DNA of 44,574 bases, taken from assembly GCF_006345805.1 (NCBI RefSeq), contig NW_021834869.1, positions 1 through 44,574 of the forward strand, given 5' to 3'. Made by a program: the position numbers and the translations under genes. Numbering within the stretch: position 1 is the stretch's first letter; the number at the start of each line of letters is the position of its first letter. The notes below the pieces were generated by a model. That model was not told the DNA's origin. It saw only the letters and a list, made by a program, of their open reading frames with translations, and did not search any database. This document shows positions 10,948 to 22,371 of the stretch, one piece after another. Origin of the DNA: Octopus sinensis (Eukaryota).

Positions 10948-11774
10948 ACAATTGTTTAAAATACTTTTATCATTGGATGAAGTATTGCTTTTTCTTTTCC
11001 TTCTATGCAAATTGTCAAATTTTGCTCAATCATCCCGTAAATGTAGATCGGAAATAAATATTTATCAAGTTGATGGTAGCGCCAACACCATCTTTTTAGA
11101 ATTCATCTGAAGGACGAATTCATCAGAAGATAAATCACCAACAAGATCTGTTGGGATCGAGCCTAAAACCAGGCAGTTTAGTAGGAAAGTTAACCTCTTT
11201 AACCACACAACTATGCCCGTACATAAAATGATACTTAACTCGATGACAGTGGTCAGAAAAGAAACGAAACGAACCTGCAGTGTTTACCTTATACAAAATA
11301 AAACGTTTATCGTATTACACCAGGCGATTTCTATTGTAAACAAAAAGATCAATTTCCTTCAGTAGAAGCAAAGTAAAATATTTGATGAACAGAAAAGTCC
11401 CGTTGTCTAAGCCAAGCAACTAACCAAATAAGCTGACACTAGAGGTCATGTAATTTTTGCGCTTACATTCTAGAACAATCTCGATTTTATGTCAATCGAA
11501 GATCGTGAAATTATGATTGGATAATCTATACGAAACTATGGTATGGAATTTAATACACGAGTTAACTGCTCTCTCTCTCTCTCTGTACAAACACTCACGC
11601 ATGCACACACATAAACGTTTCTTCATAATATATCATATATAATCTCTCTCGTGCTCGCCCGTTCTCTCTCACACACTTATACATGTTCGTTCGTAGACAG
11701 GAAACTATAGTGAAATAGTATTGTGCAAATGTAAATACTTTTACATCTCACTATCAACCTGACCGGCTCTGTCA

Positions 11775-11824
11775 TTCCATATACATATATATGTATATAT
11801 GTGTGATATGTGTGTATGTGTATG

Positions 11825-11863
<39 letters not shown>

Positions 11864-12116
11864 ATGTGTGTGTGTTTGTGTGTGTGAGTCTGTGTGTGTG
11901 TGCGCATATGTGTGTAAATATATGTGTGATTATATATGTGTATGTATATGTATATATATATATATATATGTGTGGGTGTGTATATGTATATATATGTGTA
12001 TATATATATGTGTGTGTGTGTGCGCGCGCATATGTATATATATATATATGTGATTATATATGTGTGTATGTGTATGTGTATATATATATGTGTATATGTA
12101 TATATGTTTGTATATA

Positions 12117-12147
<31 letters not shown>

Positions 12148-12430
12148 GTTGATATCTACATCTGTGCGTACATATGTGTATATCTAATGTGTGTATATGT
12201 GTGTGTGTACACATATGTATGCATATATATATGTGCATCTGTATGTGTATATAAAATAAAAGTGTGTATGTGTATATAAAATAAAAATATGCGTAATCAT
12301 ACGAATATATATATATATACGCATGTAGATGTGTGTGCGTGTGTGTGTGAAATATATGGTTATATGTTTATAACTATACGCATAGGTGTGTGCGTGTATA
12401 CACGTGTATACACGTGTGTGTGTGTGTATG
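11775..12430. repeat. Long degenerate (TA)/(TG) compound microsatellite
   Basis: ~650 bp of alternating purine-pyrimidine sequence. Confidence 0.95.
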
Positions 12431-12569
12431 TGTGTCTAATTTCTTCTGGGCTAATTAAGTTGATCTAACTTTAACTTCGTTTCAACTTTCTTGCAACTTC
12501 TTACAAGATTTCACGCCTTACTCATCGCTAAGTATTCTTATGACTCGTCCGTCCTCAGCATCTTGTTAT

Positions 12570-12695
12570 TATTACTTTTATTGGTGGTGGTCGTGGTGAC
12601 GGTGGTAGTCGTGTCACTTTTGCTGGTGGTGGTGGTGGTGGTCCTGGTGGTATCGTCTGCTAGTTTCGGTTTGTCATTGTTGTTATACTACTACC

Positions 12696-12727
<32 letters not shown>

Positions 12728-13000
12728 CACCACCATCACCACCACTCTCATCTCCACTTATTCTTAGTGTAAGCATTAACAGTATTATGATTGTTGCGGT
12801 TATCATACTCATTAATATTATTGTCATTCTCGTTATTATTATTATTATTATTATTATTATTGGTGGTGGTAGTAATAGTAGTAGTAGTTTTGTCACGGAA
12901 TCCATGTACACATCATGCTTCTTCTAAAAAAGACAATTTCCGTCATTTAATTGTCTTAGTATCATATTATTATTATTATTATTATTATTATTATCTTTCT
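12570..13000. repeat. Compound trinucleotide repeats (GGT, TAC, CAC, TTA)
   Basis: Visible runs; source of the poly-V/Y/H/L pseudo-ORFs. Confidence 0.9.
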
Positions 13001-13307
13001 TTCTGTTTTTTTTTGTTCTTAATTTATTGCTTCTTTTGTTAATGTCGTTGCCACGTCTTCTCGATGCTCGCTCTTTGTTTTCATCATCATCATCATCAAA
13101 AGTGCCTTCTTTGCTCAGAGCACTAAGCTAGTAATACGCGCACTCATTCAGACACATACATCTTACATACGCGTGCATACTTCTATGCACACACACACAC
13201 ACACCACACACACACAACACACAACACACACACACACACACACCTACCTCTGTATGTATAAAAGTATATATGTACACACAATCACATCTCTATCTAAATA
13301 TATACAA

Positions 13308-13677
13308 CTCTTTTACTCCTTTACTTGTTTCAGTCATTTGACTGTGGCTATGCTGGAGCACTGCCTTTAGTATAGCAAATCGACCCCAGGATTTATTCTT
13401 TGTAAGCCTAGTACTTATTCTATCGTTCTCTTCTGCCGAACCGCTAAGTTACAGGAACGTAAACACACCAGCATCAGTTGTCAAGCGATGTTGGGGGACG
13501 AACAGACACACAAAAGTATACTCACACACACACATATATTACATATATATGACGGGCTTCTTTGGTCGGCCCGAGGCTATAGTAGAAGACACTTGCCCAA
13601 GGTGCCACGCAGTGGGACTGAACCCGGAAACATGTTGTTGATAAGCAAGCTACTTACCACACAGCCACTCCTAAGCC
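13308..13677 (-). mobile_element. SINE family A with a short internal deletion
   Basis: Family A tail and head; gacgggcttcttt is joined directly to ggtcggcccgagg. Confidence 0.9.
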
Positions 13678-13708
13678 AATATATATATATATCTATATCC
13701 TATATTAT

Positions 13709-13749
<41 letters not shown>

Positions 13750-14427
13750 CGAGAATAAGAGAGAGATAAAACAAACTTTTTCCGAGTATACTACCCAGAA
13801 ATAGAGTTACATAGTTTTAATAATTATTGATTATATTGGCACTGGTTCCAGGGTTTCAACTTATGTACGCCTCGTCAGTCATATCTGGTGTAGCGAGGAC
13901 ATGAATAAACACATCTTTATCATCAATAGTTACACGAGATCTTTAAAAAGTTACAATCACTCATCGGATGACATAAAAGAAAGCAAAAGCACATCAACTC
14001 ACAAGGTGACTTTGGCCATGCTGTGACTCGCCAACCACATGTTGCTTTCAAAGTTCTGTGTGTGGGCCCTAAGGGATTTTTTTTTGTCTTTTGAAGAAAC
14101 TGAAAGTACAATTACAGTGATAGACTATTTTGGTCTCAATATAGCATCGAAACTTTTCAGTCTGTATGCGGACATCAGTCATCATTCTCTCTCTCTCTCT
14201 GAAACAAATATATCTCGGATCTCACCTACTCCATTCCTTAACTCTTCTATTCTTATTCGCATACCCGACAACCCTGCGTGCCAACCTGAAATATGAAAAA
14301 AAAAAACAAAAACAAAAAAAAAAACGAAAAACATTCCTAGCTTATCGAACTTCGATACGAAAAAATCCACAACCTTTCACCTCAGTAAACCGCTATTATT
14401 TTTGAAAGGTGTTATTTTTATATTTAC

Positions 14428-14461
<34 letters not shown>

Positions 14462-14462
14462 A

Positions 14463-14617
14463 AGGGGTGGCTGTGTGGTAAGTAGCTTGCTTCCCAACGA
14501 CATGGCTCCGGGTTCAGTCCCACTGTGTGGTACCTTCGGCAAATGTCTTCTTATATAGACACGGGTAGACCAAAGCCTTGAGAGTGGGTTTGCTAGACGG
14601 AAGCTGAAAGAAGCCCG

Positions 14618-14672
<55 letters not shown>

Positions 14673-14922
14673 GTGTGTGTGTGGGTTGTGTGGTGTGTGT
14701 GTGTGTGTTGTGTGGTGTGTGTCTGTTTGCCTGTCTTCTCACCATCGCTTGACAAACGATATTGGTGTGTGTGTTTACGCCCTCGTAACTCAGTGGTTCG
14801 GCAAAACAAAACGATAGAATAAGTACTAGGCTTACAAAGAATAAGTCCTGGCGTAGATTTACTCGAGTAATGGCGGTGTTCCAGCATGGCCGCAGTCAAA
14901 TGACTGAAACAAATAAAAGAGT
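14463..14922 (+). mobile_element. SINE family A, full length
   Basis: GTGGCTGTGTGGTAAG head to tgactgaaacaaataaaagag tail. Confidence 0.9.
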
Positions 14923-15199
14923 ATAAACACACACTCATATATATATATATAATATTATATATATATATATATAGTTCCATTATAGGATCTACAAAAAATA
15001 TACTCCATTCGCTGAGAGATAAATATCATTTAACATACAAAATTACAAAAGAGCTAATAATAATTTCATACTTAGAGATACATGGCAAGTTTTATATATA
15101 TAGCAGTCAGTTTAATAAATCTTAAAGCTATCTTTAATAATAGTACGAAACTATTAGTGGCACATTTGTTATTGTGGGCGTGGTAAGAAGCCTGTAATC

Positions 15200-15611
15200 G
15201 TGGCCGTGTAGTAAGAAGCTTGCTTCCCAGCCATTTGGTTCTGGGTTCAGTACCACTGCGTAGCACCTTGGGCAAGTGTCTTCCACTATTGTCTTGAGCC
15301 GACCAAAACCTTGTGAATGGATTTGGTAGACAGGATTTGAAAGAATCCTAACGTATATATATATATATATATATATATATTCATTTATGTGTGTCTTTGT
15401 GACTATGTTTGTCTCTCCACCATCGTTTGACAACCGGTGTTAGTGTGTGTACGTCCCCGTAATTTAGTGGCTCGGCAAAAGTGACCGATAGAATAAGTAC
15501 GAGTCCTGGATTCGATTTTTTTCGACTACCCCCCAAAAAAACAAAAAAAAAACCATTTAAGACAGTGCTCCAGCATGGCTGCAGTCAAATGACTGAAACA
15601 AGTAAAAGAAA
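15200..15611 (+). mobile_element. SINE family A
   Basis: Head, core and tail present; moderately diverged. Confidence 0.85.
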
Positions 15612-15632
15612 AAAAGAATATCTGATGTGTGT

Positions 15633-15669
<37 letters not shown>

Positions 15670-15699
15670 CAATACAAATGTATCCTTCTCGAGCAATGC

Positions 15700-15895
15700 C
15701 AGGCTCATAAGGGCCGGTTTTCTGATTTCTAAGCCGATCCGTCGCACAATTATTCATTTTTGCCCGTTGACTGGACTGGAGCAACGTGAGATGAAGTATT
15801 TTGCTCAAGAACACAAAGCATCGCCCGGTCCAGATATCGAAATCACAATCTTGCGATAATGAGTCCAACAGACTAACCTCTAATACCTGCGCCAC
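15700..15895 (-). mobile_element. tRNA-derived SINE, family D, diverged partial
   Basis: tRNA-like head plus ttcttgagcaaaatacttcatctcacgttgctccagtcca, shared with 25390-25721. Confidence 0.7.
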
Positions 15896-16094
15896 CACAC
15901 ACGCACACAGAAATGTACTCCATATAATATTTGTAAACAAACGAGAAAGGCGTTGTTAGTTACGGAGAGAAAGCTACTCTGGAAGACTCATAGTATAATA
16001 ATAATTGTATAATAATATATCATAATAATATTTTGTTCCCTGATGTGAAGCGACAATATATAGATACTAACAAATGGCCGGAAAATTATGAGCT

Positions 16095-16167
16095 AGCCCC
16101 TGCCAGAATCAAACCCACAAATCAACGCTAACATGGCTCCTTGCGCATCCGATTGGGCCAAACGCCC
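16095..16167 (-). pseudogene. Degenerate tRNA-like sequence or SINE head
   Basis: GGGCGTTTGGCCCAATCGGA (A-box-like) ... GATTTGTGGGTTTGATTCT (B-box-like); no intact cloverleaf. Confidence 0.35.
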
Positions 16168-17024
16168 ACCCATCATTTCAGCCAAATTTAATGAATATAT
16201 ACTTAAAATGTCTAATCGTACATATAATTTTGTAAACAAACCAGAAACATACATACGTACATAAATTATATGCACTACATCTACTTATACTGCGTTCTAT
16301 TTTGTTCAGGGACAGCCATACCAACTATTATAGCCACACACTTACGTTCACACCTATACAGACATACTGATTCCTATAATCAGTATAATTTAAAAGGCCA
16401 TAGTTATGGCGCGCGTGAAATTTAGCAATGGCGTTTTCATGAGCCCGATATTTTGTCGTTCTTTTTGGTGAATCAGGTATTTTTTTGCCTTATCCTGCAA
16501 GACTAATATTTGAAAATTTGCTTCCATGAATGTGTTTCCATGAAGCAAACTGGTAGAGTTAAACGGAATGAAAAAAATAAAAACAAAAACGGAGTAGTAC
16601 GAAAATAGTCGAATATAAGAAGGCGCCTGAAACATTCAGGTTAAAAATGGCAGTTCCTAGTCTTTATGATTTTAGCATCAAAAGAATCGTGTTTTCCAAT
16701 TCCGAAAATGTGAGTTTTTTTTTTATTAGGTCAAAGAATATTCTTTGACTTTTTTGTTAATATTTTTAAAACTATGTTCTTACTAGTTTTGTTTGTTTCT
16801 TAGCTATCTGTGAAGGGATTGGCAGTGTCGTAGCGGGGTGTGTTTTGTGGGGTGAGAAATCAGGTAAAGATGGCAGAGGGAATAGTTATGGAAGCTGGCA
16901 GCAAAATGGTGCGGTTTGCTGTTGGCAGTTAGGTTACGAAGAATCGAGGCTGGTCGGGGTGGGGCGGATTAGGAAAATGATCCAGCTGTCTTGATAAGAA
17001 CGGATTAAAGTTCCAGTATAAGAA

Positions 17025-17217
17025 TAAATGTGTGTGTGTGTTTACGTGTATGAGTGCGAACGTAATGTGTGCATGCAGTCGTATGTTTATATCAATATTT
17101 ATATGTATATATATATACATACATACATATGTATATACACAAATATATATATATACATATGTACATACATAGGCATGTATCTACATATCTTTATATTATA
17201 TATACATACTTACATAT

Positions 17218-17263
<46 letters not shown>

Positions 17264-17708
17264 CATACATGTATACATATATATGCACATGTATGTATAT
17301 ACGTATATATATATATACACATATATAATCATATTTTATATATATATATATATTTATATATATACATACTTATATACATATGTATACATATATATGTAGA
17401 TACTTTTAAACATACATATATATGCATATATGTATACATATATACAAACACACATATATATATATATACTTACATATATATATATATACAACCATATATA
17501 CTCAGATATATATATATATATATATATACATGCATAAATACACATATACATATATATACACATGCATATACATATATATATAATATATAGAGATATATAC
17601 ATACATACACACATACACATATATACATATATATATGCACACACACACATATATATATATATATATCAATCAATACATACATTTATGCATATATATATAT
17701 ATACATAT
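17025..17708. repeat. Long degenerate (TA)/(CA) compound microsatellite
   Basis: ~680 bp; source of the 173-aa YIHT pseudo-ORF. Confidence 0.95.
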
Positions 17709-17862
17709 GGAGGCGCAATGGCCAAGTGGTTAGGGCAGCGGACTGGCGGTCGTAGGATCGCGGTTTCGATTCCCAGACCGGGCGTTGTGAGTGTTTATTG
17801 AGCGAAAACACCTACAAGCTCCACGAGGCTCCGGCAGGGGGTAGTGATCCCTGCTGTACTCA
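17709..17862 (+). mobile_element. SINE family C, 3'-truncated
   Basis: Near-identical to the head of 3488-3766. Confidence 0.9.
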
Positions 17863-17883
17863 ATAGTAAAGATAAAACTCTGA

Positions 17884-18060
17884 GTATCAGATGCCGAAGT
17901 GGAAATCCACAACACCATCTCTTCGGTTACCGACAAAGAGGGCGCTTTCGATGTGAGCATGAGGTTATATGATGGAGCAGGCATTTGCGATCTTATTGGA
18001 TTTTTTCTACTAGATACTATAGGTGCTAAAGTTGAGGCACCTCGTTAGGTTGGCATAATA
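17884..18060 (+). pseudogene. Penelope-like reverse transcriptase fragment
   Basis: VSDAEVEIH..EGAFDVSMRLYDGAGICDLIGFFLLDTIG..VGI resembles the PLE RT motif [22 protein letters not shown]; one in-frame stop. Confidence 0.7.
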
Positions 18061-18147
18061 TACACACAACAATGTTATATAAATACCAACTTTGGCCCAG
18101 CTGAGGATATAACTCTACATGTTCATTTTATGAAATATACAGTCCAT

Positions 18148-18207
<60 letters not shown>

Positions 18208-18253
18208 GCCATATACATATTGAAAATATATTCGTATACATATATATATGTGT

Positions 18254-18313
<60 letters not shown>

Positions 18314-18379
18314 ATAGGTATACATGAGCATGTATATAAGAAGTGATAGAGAGAAATGGAATATGAGAAATTTCATTGC

Positions 18380-18481
18380 TCACAACGATCGTTTCGACCC
18401 ATTCTGCATCGATCCATAGCGGTTGGGATGCTGTACATCTGGTTGTGGTGCATCCCTCTGTAGGAGGGTCTCGTCAGGTGA
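18380..18481 (-). ncRNA. Type I hammerhead ribozyme with canonical core and a 65-nt stem II insertion
   Basis: UCAC CUGACGA GACCC [65 nt] GGGUC GAAAC GAUC GUU GUGA. All core nucleotides are present, with a 5-bp G-C-closed stem II, palindromic stem III ACGAUCGU and stem I UCAC/GUGA. Predicted cut between 18384 and 18383. Confidence 0.8.
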
Positions 18482-18596
18482 TGTTATAGGGAGTATCTCG
18501 TTAAATAAACTCTGTTTCGCTCGATTTTAATGCAACATGTTGTTAGTGATCGTAGGTTTAAGCCCTTGAGCAGGAATACATACATATGTATATCTG

Positions 18597-18645
<49 letters not shown>

Positions 18646-18897
18646 TATATCATATATGAAGTATATCTATGTGCATATATATATTCATAGAAAAAATGTA
18701 TTTATGTATACATATTATATGACATAAGCACACGTAAATCTATGCACATATGCGCATGCACAGATCGTTAAAATGTATATGCAGAATACAATCACATACC
18801 AAGGTGTGTATGTAGGTACGTATGTATGTGTTATAAAAAATAATATAGTTAAGAAAAGGGAAAAACTTCATTTTTGTATGTAGAGGATAAAAAAACC

Positions 18898-19220
18898 CAA
18901 AATTTAAGAATGGTAAGGAATTGGAGTTTAATCCAAATATGAATTCCAGGATAAAAGCATATCATTTACTGCATTACACGCTCACTATTCAATGAGAATT
19001 GTAGTGGCCCAGATGAATTAAATATTAATAGACAGGGTTAGGGTACATAAGCAGCATGTTAACCGTCGATCAGATAGAGATTTTCTACGTAGTGAAGATC
19101 TAAACAATTGTTCAAATGGAAAATTGAAAATATTCTCATTTTTCATGATAGAGGAAGAAAATGATCGCAAAAGAAAAGCAAAAGAATACTTTATAAAAAT
19201 TCTAAATTTGAGACTAAAAA
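18898..19220 (+). pseudogene. Penelope-like GIY-YIG endonuclease remnant
   Basis: Frameshifted: KFKNGKELEFNPNMNS / IIYCITRS..NENCSG / DRVRVHKQHV..SEDLNNCSNGKLKIFSFFMIEEENDRKRKAKEYFIK, matching the C-terminal EN region of PLEs. Confidence 0.7.
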
Positions 19221-19362
19221 CAACGACTTCTATAGGGATTATATTATAACACGTGTATTTAAGAGACTGGAAACAAGGAAAAGCGCTTACACAAAAACAT
19301 CACTGCCCAAGGCTTGTGTTAATCTGCTTTCATTAAAATATATCTTTTTCTTTATCTAAGAA

Positions 19363-19690
19363 AGGTGCAGGAATGGCTGTTTGGTAAGAAGTCCGTTTCT
19401 CAACCACATGGCTCCGGTTTAGTCTTCAGTCTCACTGCACAGCACCTTGGGTAAATGACTTCTACAACAACCTCGGGGCAACCAAAGCCTTTTGAGTGGA
19501 TGAATTTGACGGAAACTGAAAGAAGCCCGTCGTCTATGTGTGTGAGTGTCTGTGTCTGTCCCCCACATCTGCTTGGCAGCCGATGTTGGTGTGCTTACGT
19601 TCTGCAAAAGAAACCGACAGAATAGGTACCAGGCTTTATAAACAGTCTTGGTGTCGAGTCATTTAACTGAGAATTCTTCAAGGTGTGGCT
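19363..19690 (+). mobile_element. SINE family A, diverged
   Basis: GGTGCAGGAATGGCTGTTTGGTAAG head and core; partial tail. Confidence 0.8.
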
Positions 19691-19819
19691 ATGAAGAAAT
19701 CTTCCGAAAAACTTCATTTTTTTGTTCACACACACACACATTTGTCTATATATTCACCGTATTAAATTTACCAATTTAAAAACAAATACATTCTTCAGTC
19801 AGTCTTTGAATTTTTTTAC

Positions 19820-20075
19820 CATTAATTTATTTCAGTCGTTGGACTGCGGCCATGCTGGGGCACCACTTTGAATGTTTTAGTCGAACAAATGGACCCCACT
19901 ACTTATTGTTTAAACCTGGTAATTATTCTATCGAACCATTTCGACGAACCTCTAAGTCAAGGGAACGTAAACGAACACCGGTTTCCAAGCGATAGTAGTG
20001 AGACAAACATATACACAAAACACACACATATATATATGTATATACGACGAGCTTCTTTCAGTTTCCGTCAGCTAA
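19820..20075 (-). mobile_element. SINE family A, 3' portion, diverged
   Basis: Tail motif gactgcggccatgctggggcacc plus cgacgagcttctttcagtttccgtc. Confidence 0.75.
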
Positions 20076-20110
20076 AACACACGCACAATAAAAGATTATT
20101 ATTATTTTCA

Positions 20111-20307
20111 GGCGGCGAGCTGGTAGAATCGTTAGCACGCCGGGCGAAATGTCTTTACATTCAGAGTTCAAATTCCGCCGAGGTCGACTTTGCCTTTCAT
20201 CCTTTATCGGGGTCGATAAATTAAGTACAAGTGAAACACTGGGGTCGATGTAATCGACTACTCCCCTCCCCCAAAACTTCAGGCCTTGTGCCTTATATAG
20301 AAAGGAT
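20111..20307 (+). mobile_element. tRNA-derived SINE, family B (Nin/Deu-domain-like)
   Basis: GGCGGCGAGCTGGTAGAATCG head, GAGTTCAAATTCC B box, central gcctttcatcctt..ggggtcgataaattaagtac resembling the Nin/Deu SINE domain. Confidence 0.85.
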
Positions 20308-21141
20308 TGTTGTTGTTGTTGTTGTTGCTGTGCTGGAAAGTGCGTTACAAGGTTTTGGTTATGTAAGTCAGTAGTTCTGGAGATGTTGAATTGAAATCTG
20401 CAAATTTCGTTTCGGTGATTCTTCTGCGTGTTGGTACCACTGAGAATTCTTTGAGGCAGGAGTGGTGTTGGTAGTGGTGGTGGTGGGACGCTCTGTGAAT
20501 GCTTATTTGTTTGTTTGTGTGCGTGTTTGAGCGCGCGCGCCTGTATTTAGGTGTGTGTGTGTGTGCGTGTGTGTGTTTGGTTAGATATTTTGTAAATGTC
20601 ATTCCCTGCTTTTAAAAAAAAATAAACAAAATGCAAATAACAACTTTGTGATGCTGATGATAATGACGTATGTGATATTGTTGATGATGATGATAACGAT
20701 GATGGTTGTGGCGATGGTAGTGATTATGATGATGATGTGTGGTCGTGTTGAGAAGATAATTCTTAGGTGGTCTACGGAGACTTTAGGAATCGGTTTAACA
20801 TGTGGACATGTTGTTTAAATTTCTGTTACGCATACGCTGTTCTCCATGGTGTTGTTGTCATCATCGTTGTTGTCGTTATTATTGATGTTGCTGTGGTTGT
20901 TGATGTTGTTGTTCCTCTCTCTGTTTAATCTCTAATCCCCCCCCCCCCCAATACACATCCACATCTCCAGGTTCTGGACCATCGCAGTTTGCAGCATTGC
21001 TTTGCTTGTACCCCAGGAATTAAATAAAGACAATGTTTTTCAAAAACTTTTTTGTACAAGCTAACTTAACACACGCGTCAGTTTGATAATGTTTCCACTT
21101 CTTGCTGCTGTGGTGGAGTTCTAACTAACCCTTTCTTTGCT

Positions 21142-21580
21142 CCTCTCCCTCTACCGTAAGCTCAATAAACTGGTCGAAGGACATAAGAAAGTACATCTCT
21201 CCTAGTTTGTCAATGATCCAGTCATCACTAATCCGGGATAACAGGATACGCTCAACTGTTACGTGTTACGTTGATCTCAAATTGGTCTGTGAAAACACTG
21301 GTCGGCGATCGGTCAGAGATTCTACTTAGGCTGCAAAAGTGAGCCCCTGTGACCATCCACAATTCTCAGAACTAATTGGGGTTTCGAAACGAAACCTATT
21401 TTCCCCTCCCTTTACCGTAAACTCAACGAACTGGTCGAAGGACAAAAGGAAGTACATCTCTCCTCGTTTGTCACTGATTCAATCATCACTTATCCAGGAT
21501 AACAGGGGACACTCAATTGTTACGTTCATCTCAAATTGGTCGGTGAAAACAGTGGTCGGCGAAACGAAACCTATTTCCCC
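21142..21580. repeat. Tandem duplication of a ~165-bp non-simple module
   Basis: 21142-21308 vs 21403-21562: 20 substitutions plus a 7-bp duplication. gaaacgaaacctattt is also repeated at 21386 and 21561. Confidence 0.9.
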
Positions 21581-21602
21581 CATATTTTCTATTGTTCATG
21601 TA

Positions 21603-22371
21603 TCATTACTCTTACTGTAACGGACGTTATGTCCGTCTGTCCGTCTGTCTGTTCCCTCTTCACGGTCAAACGGCTGGACCAATGGTCACGATGTTTTTCG
21701 GGATTACGAAGGAGGTAATCCGGAAGGTTTTTAGGGAAAAATGTGAAAAAATATGATTATTTAGTAGATAGTGAGTTTTGTATTATTAAATCAACTTTGA
21801 CATTTTTGTTAAAATTCCGGCGACGTGGATTAACTCTGGATTCCCCATCCTCCCACGTATATTTCGCGAATTTATACTGAACATTCATCGACCGCGAGTA
21901 ACTCTGGATTTTCATCGTCTAGTTCGTGGCTCCATCGTAGATAAGAAAAGGGTCGCGAGGACGGTTAATAGCGAAAATAAAATGGGAAAAGTGTGTGTCA
22001 ATATGTAGTGTGTGTGATTATTCAGTGGTTACTTAAGTGTGTCAGTCTGGAGCAGGATTCGAAACGGTTAATCGAAACGGCTGTTGTTTACATCTCAAGT
22101 TCCGACAATCAAAATAACCCACGGTACCAGAACATCCAGACATTATTTGCATAGAACAGTGTGAGGTAATTCTTAGTTTGATTTTTTGCAACCCTAAAGA
22201 TTCCGCTCGCGCATTCACAGCAAACAAGGCACAGGGCCAGACTTTAGATCGTGTAAGTGTATTTTTACCCACTCTGATGTTTACGTCGCTATGAGTAGAG
22301 CAATGGATTCCAGTTATTTGAAAATCAGTGTCGACCAAACAGTAAATATCGTCTACAAAGAAGTTTTGTAA
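21603..22371 (+). mobile_element. Non-autonomous Helitron/Helentron-family derivative
   Basis: Possible A|TC 5' end at 21603, (GTCY)n tract and aaacggctggaccaat motif typical of DINE-1/HINE-like 5' ends, followed by a helicase C-terminus. 3' end not identified. Confidence 0.6.
22211..22371 (+). pseudogene. Helitron RepHel PIF1-type helicase C-terminal remnant
   Basis: AFTANKAQGQTLDRVSVFLP / frameshift / YVAMSRAMDSSYLKISVDQTVNIVYKEVL*: SF1B helicase motifs V and VI plus the NIVYKEVL end typical of Helitrons. Confidence 0.85.

Noticed and set aside
11095-11135. CUGAUGA-AUUC..GAAU hairpin (minus)
   Set aside because: No GAAA/NUH; a local imperfect inverted repeat only.
17884-19220. RT fragment, hammerhead element and EN fragment as one continuous PLE
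   Set aside because: The hammerhead is on the opposite strand and most of the RT is missing; the pieces may be independent insertions.
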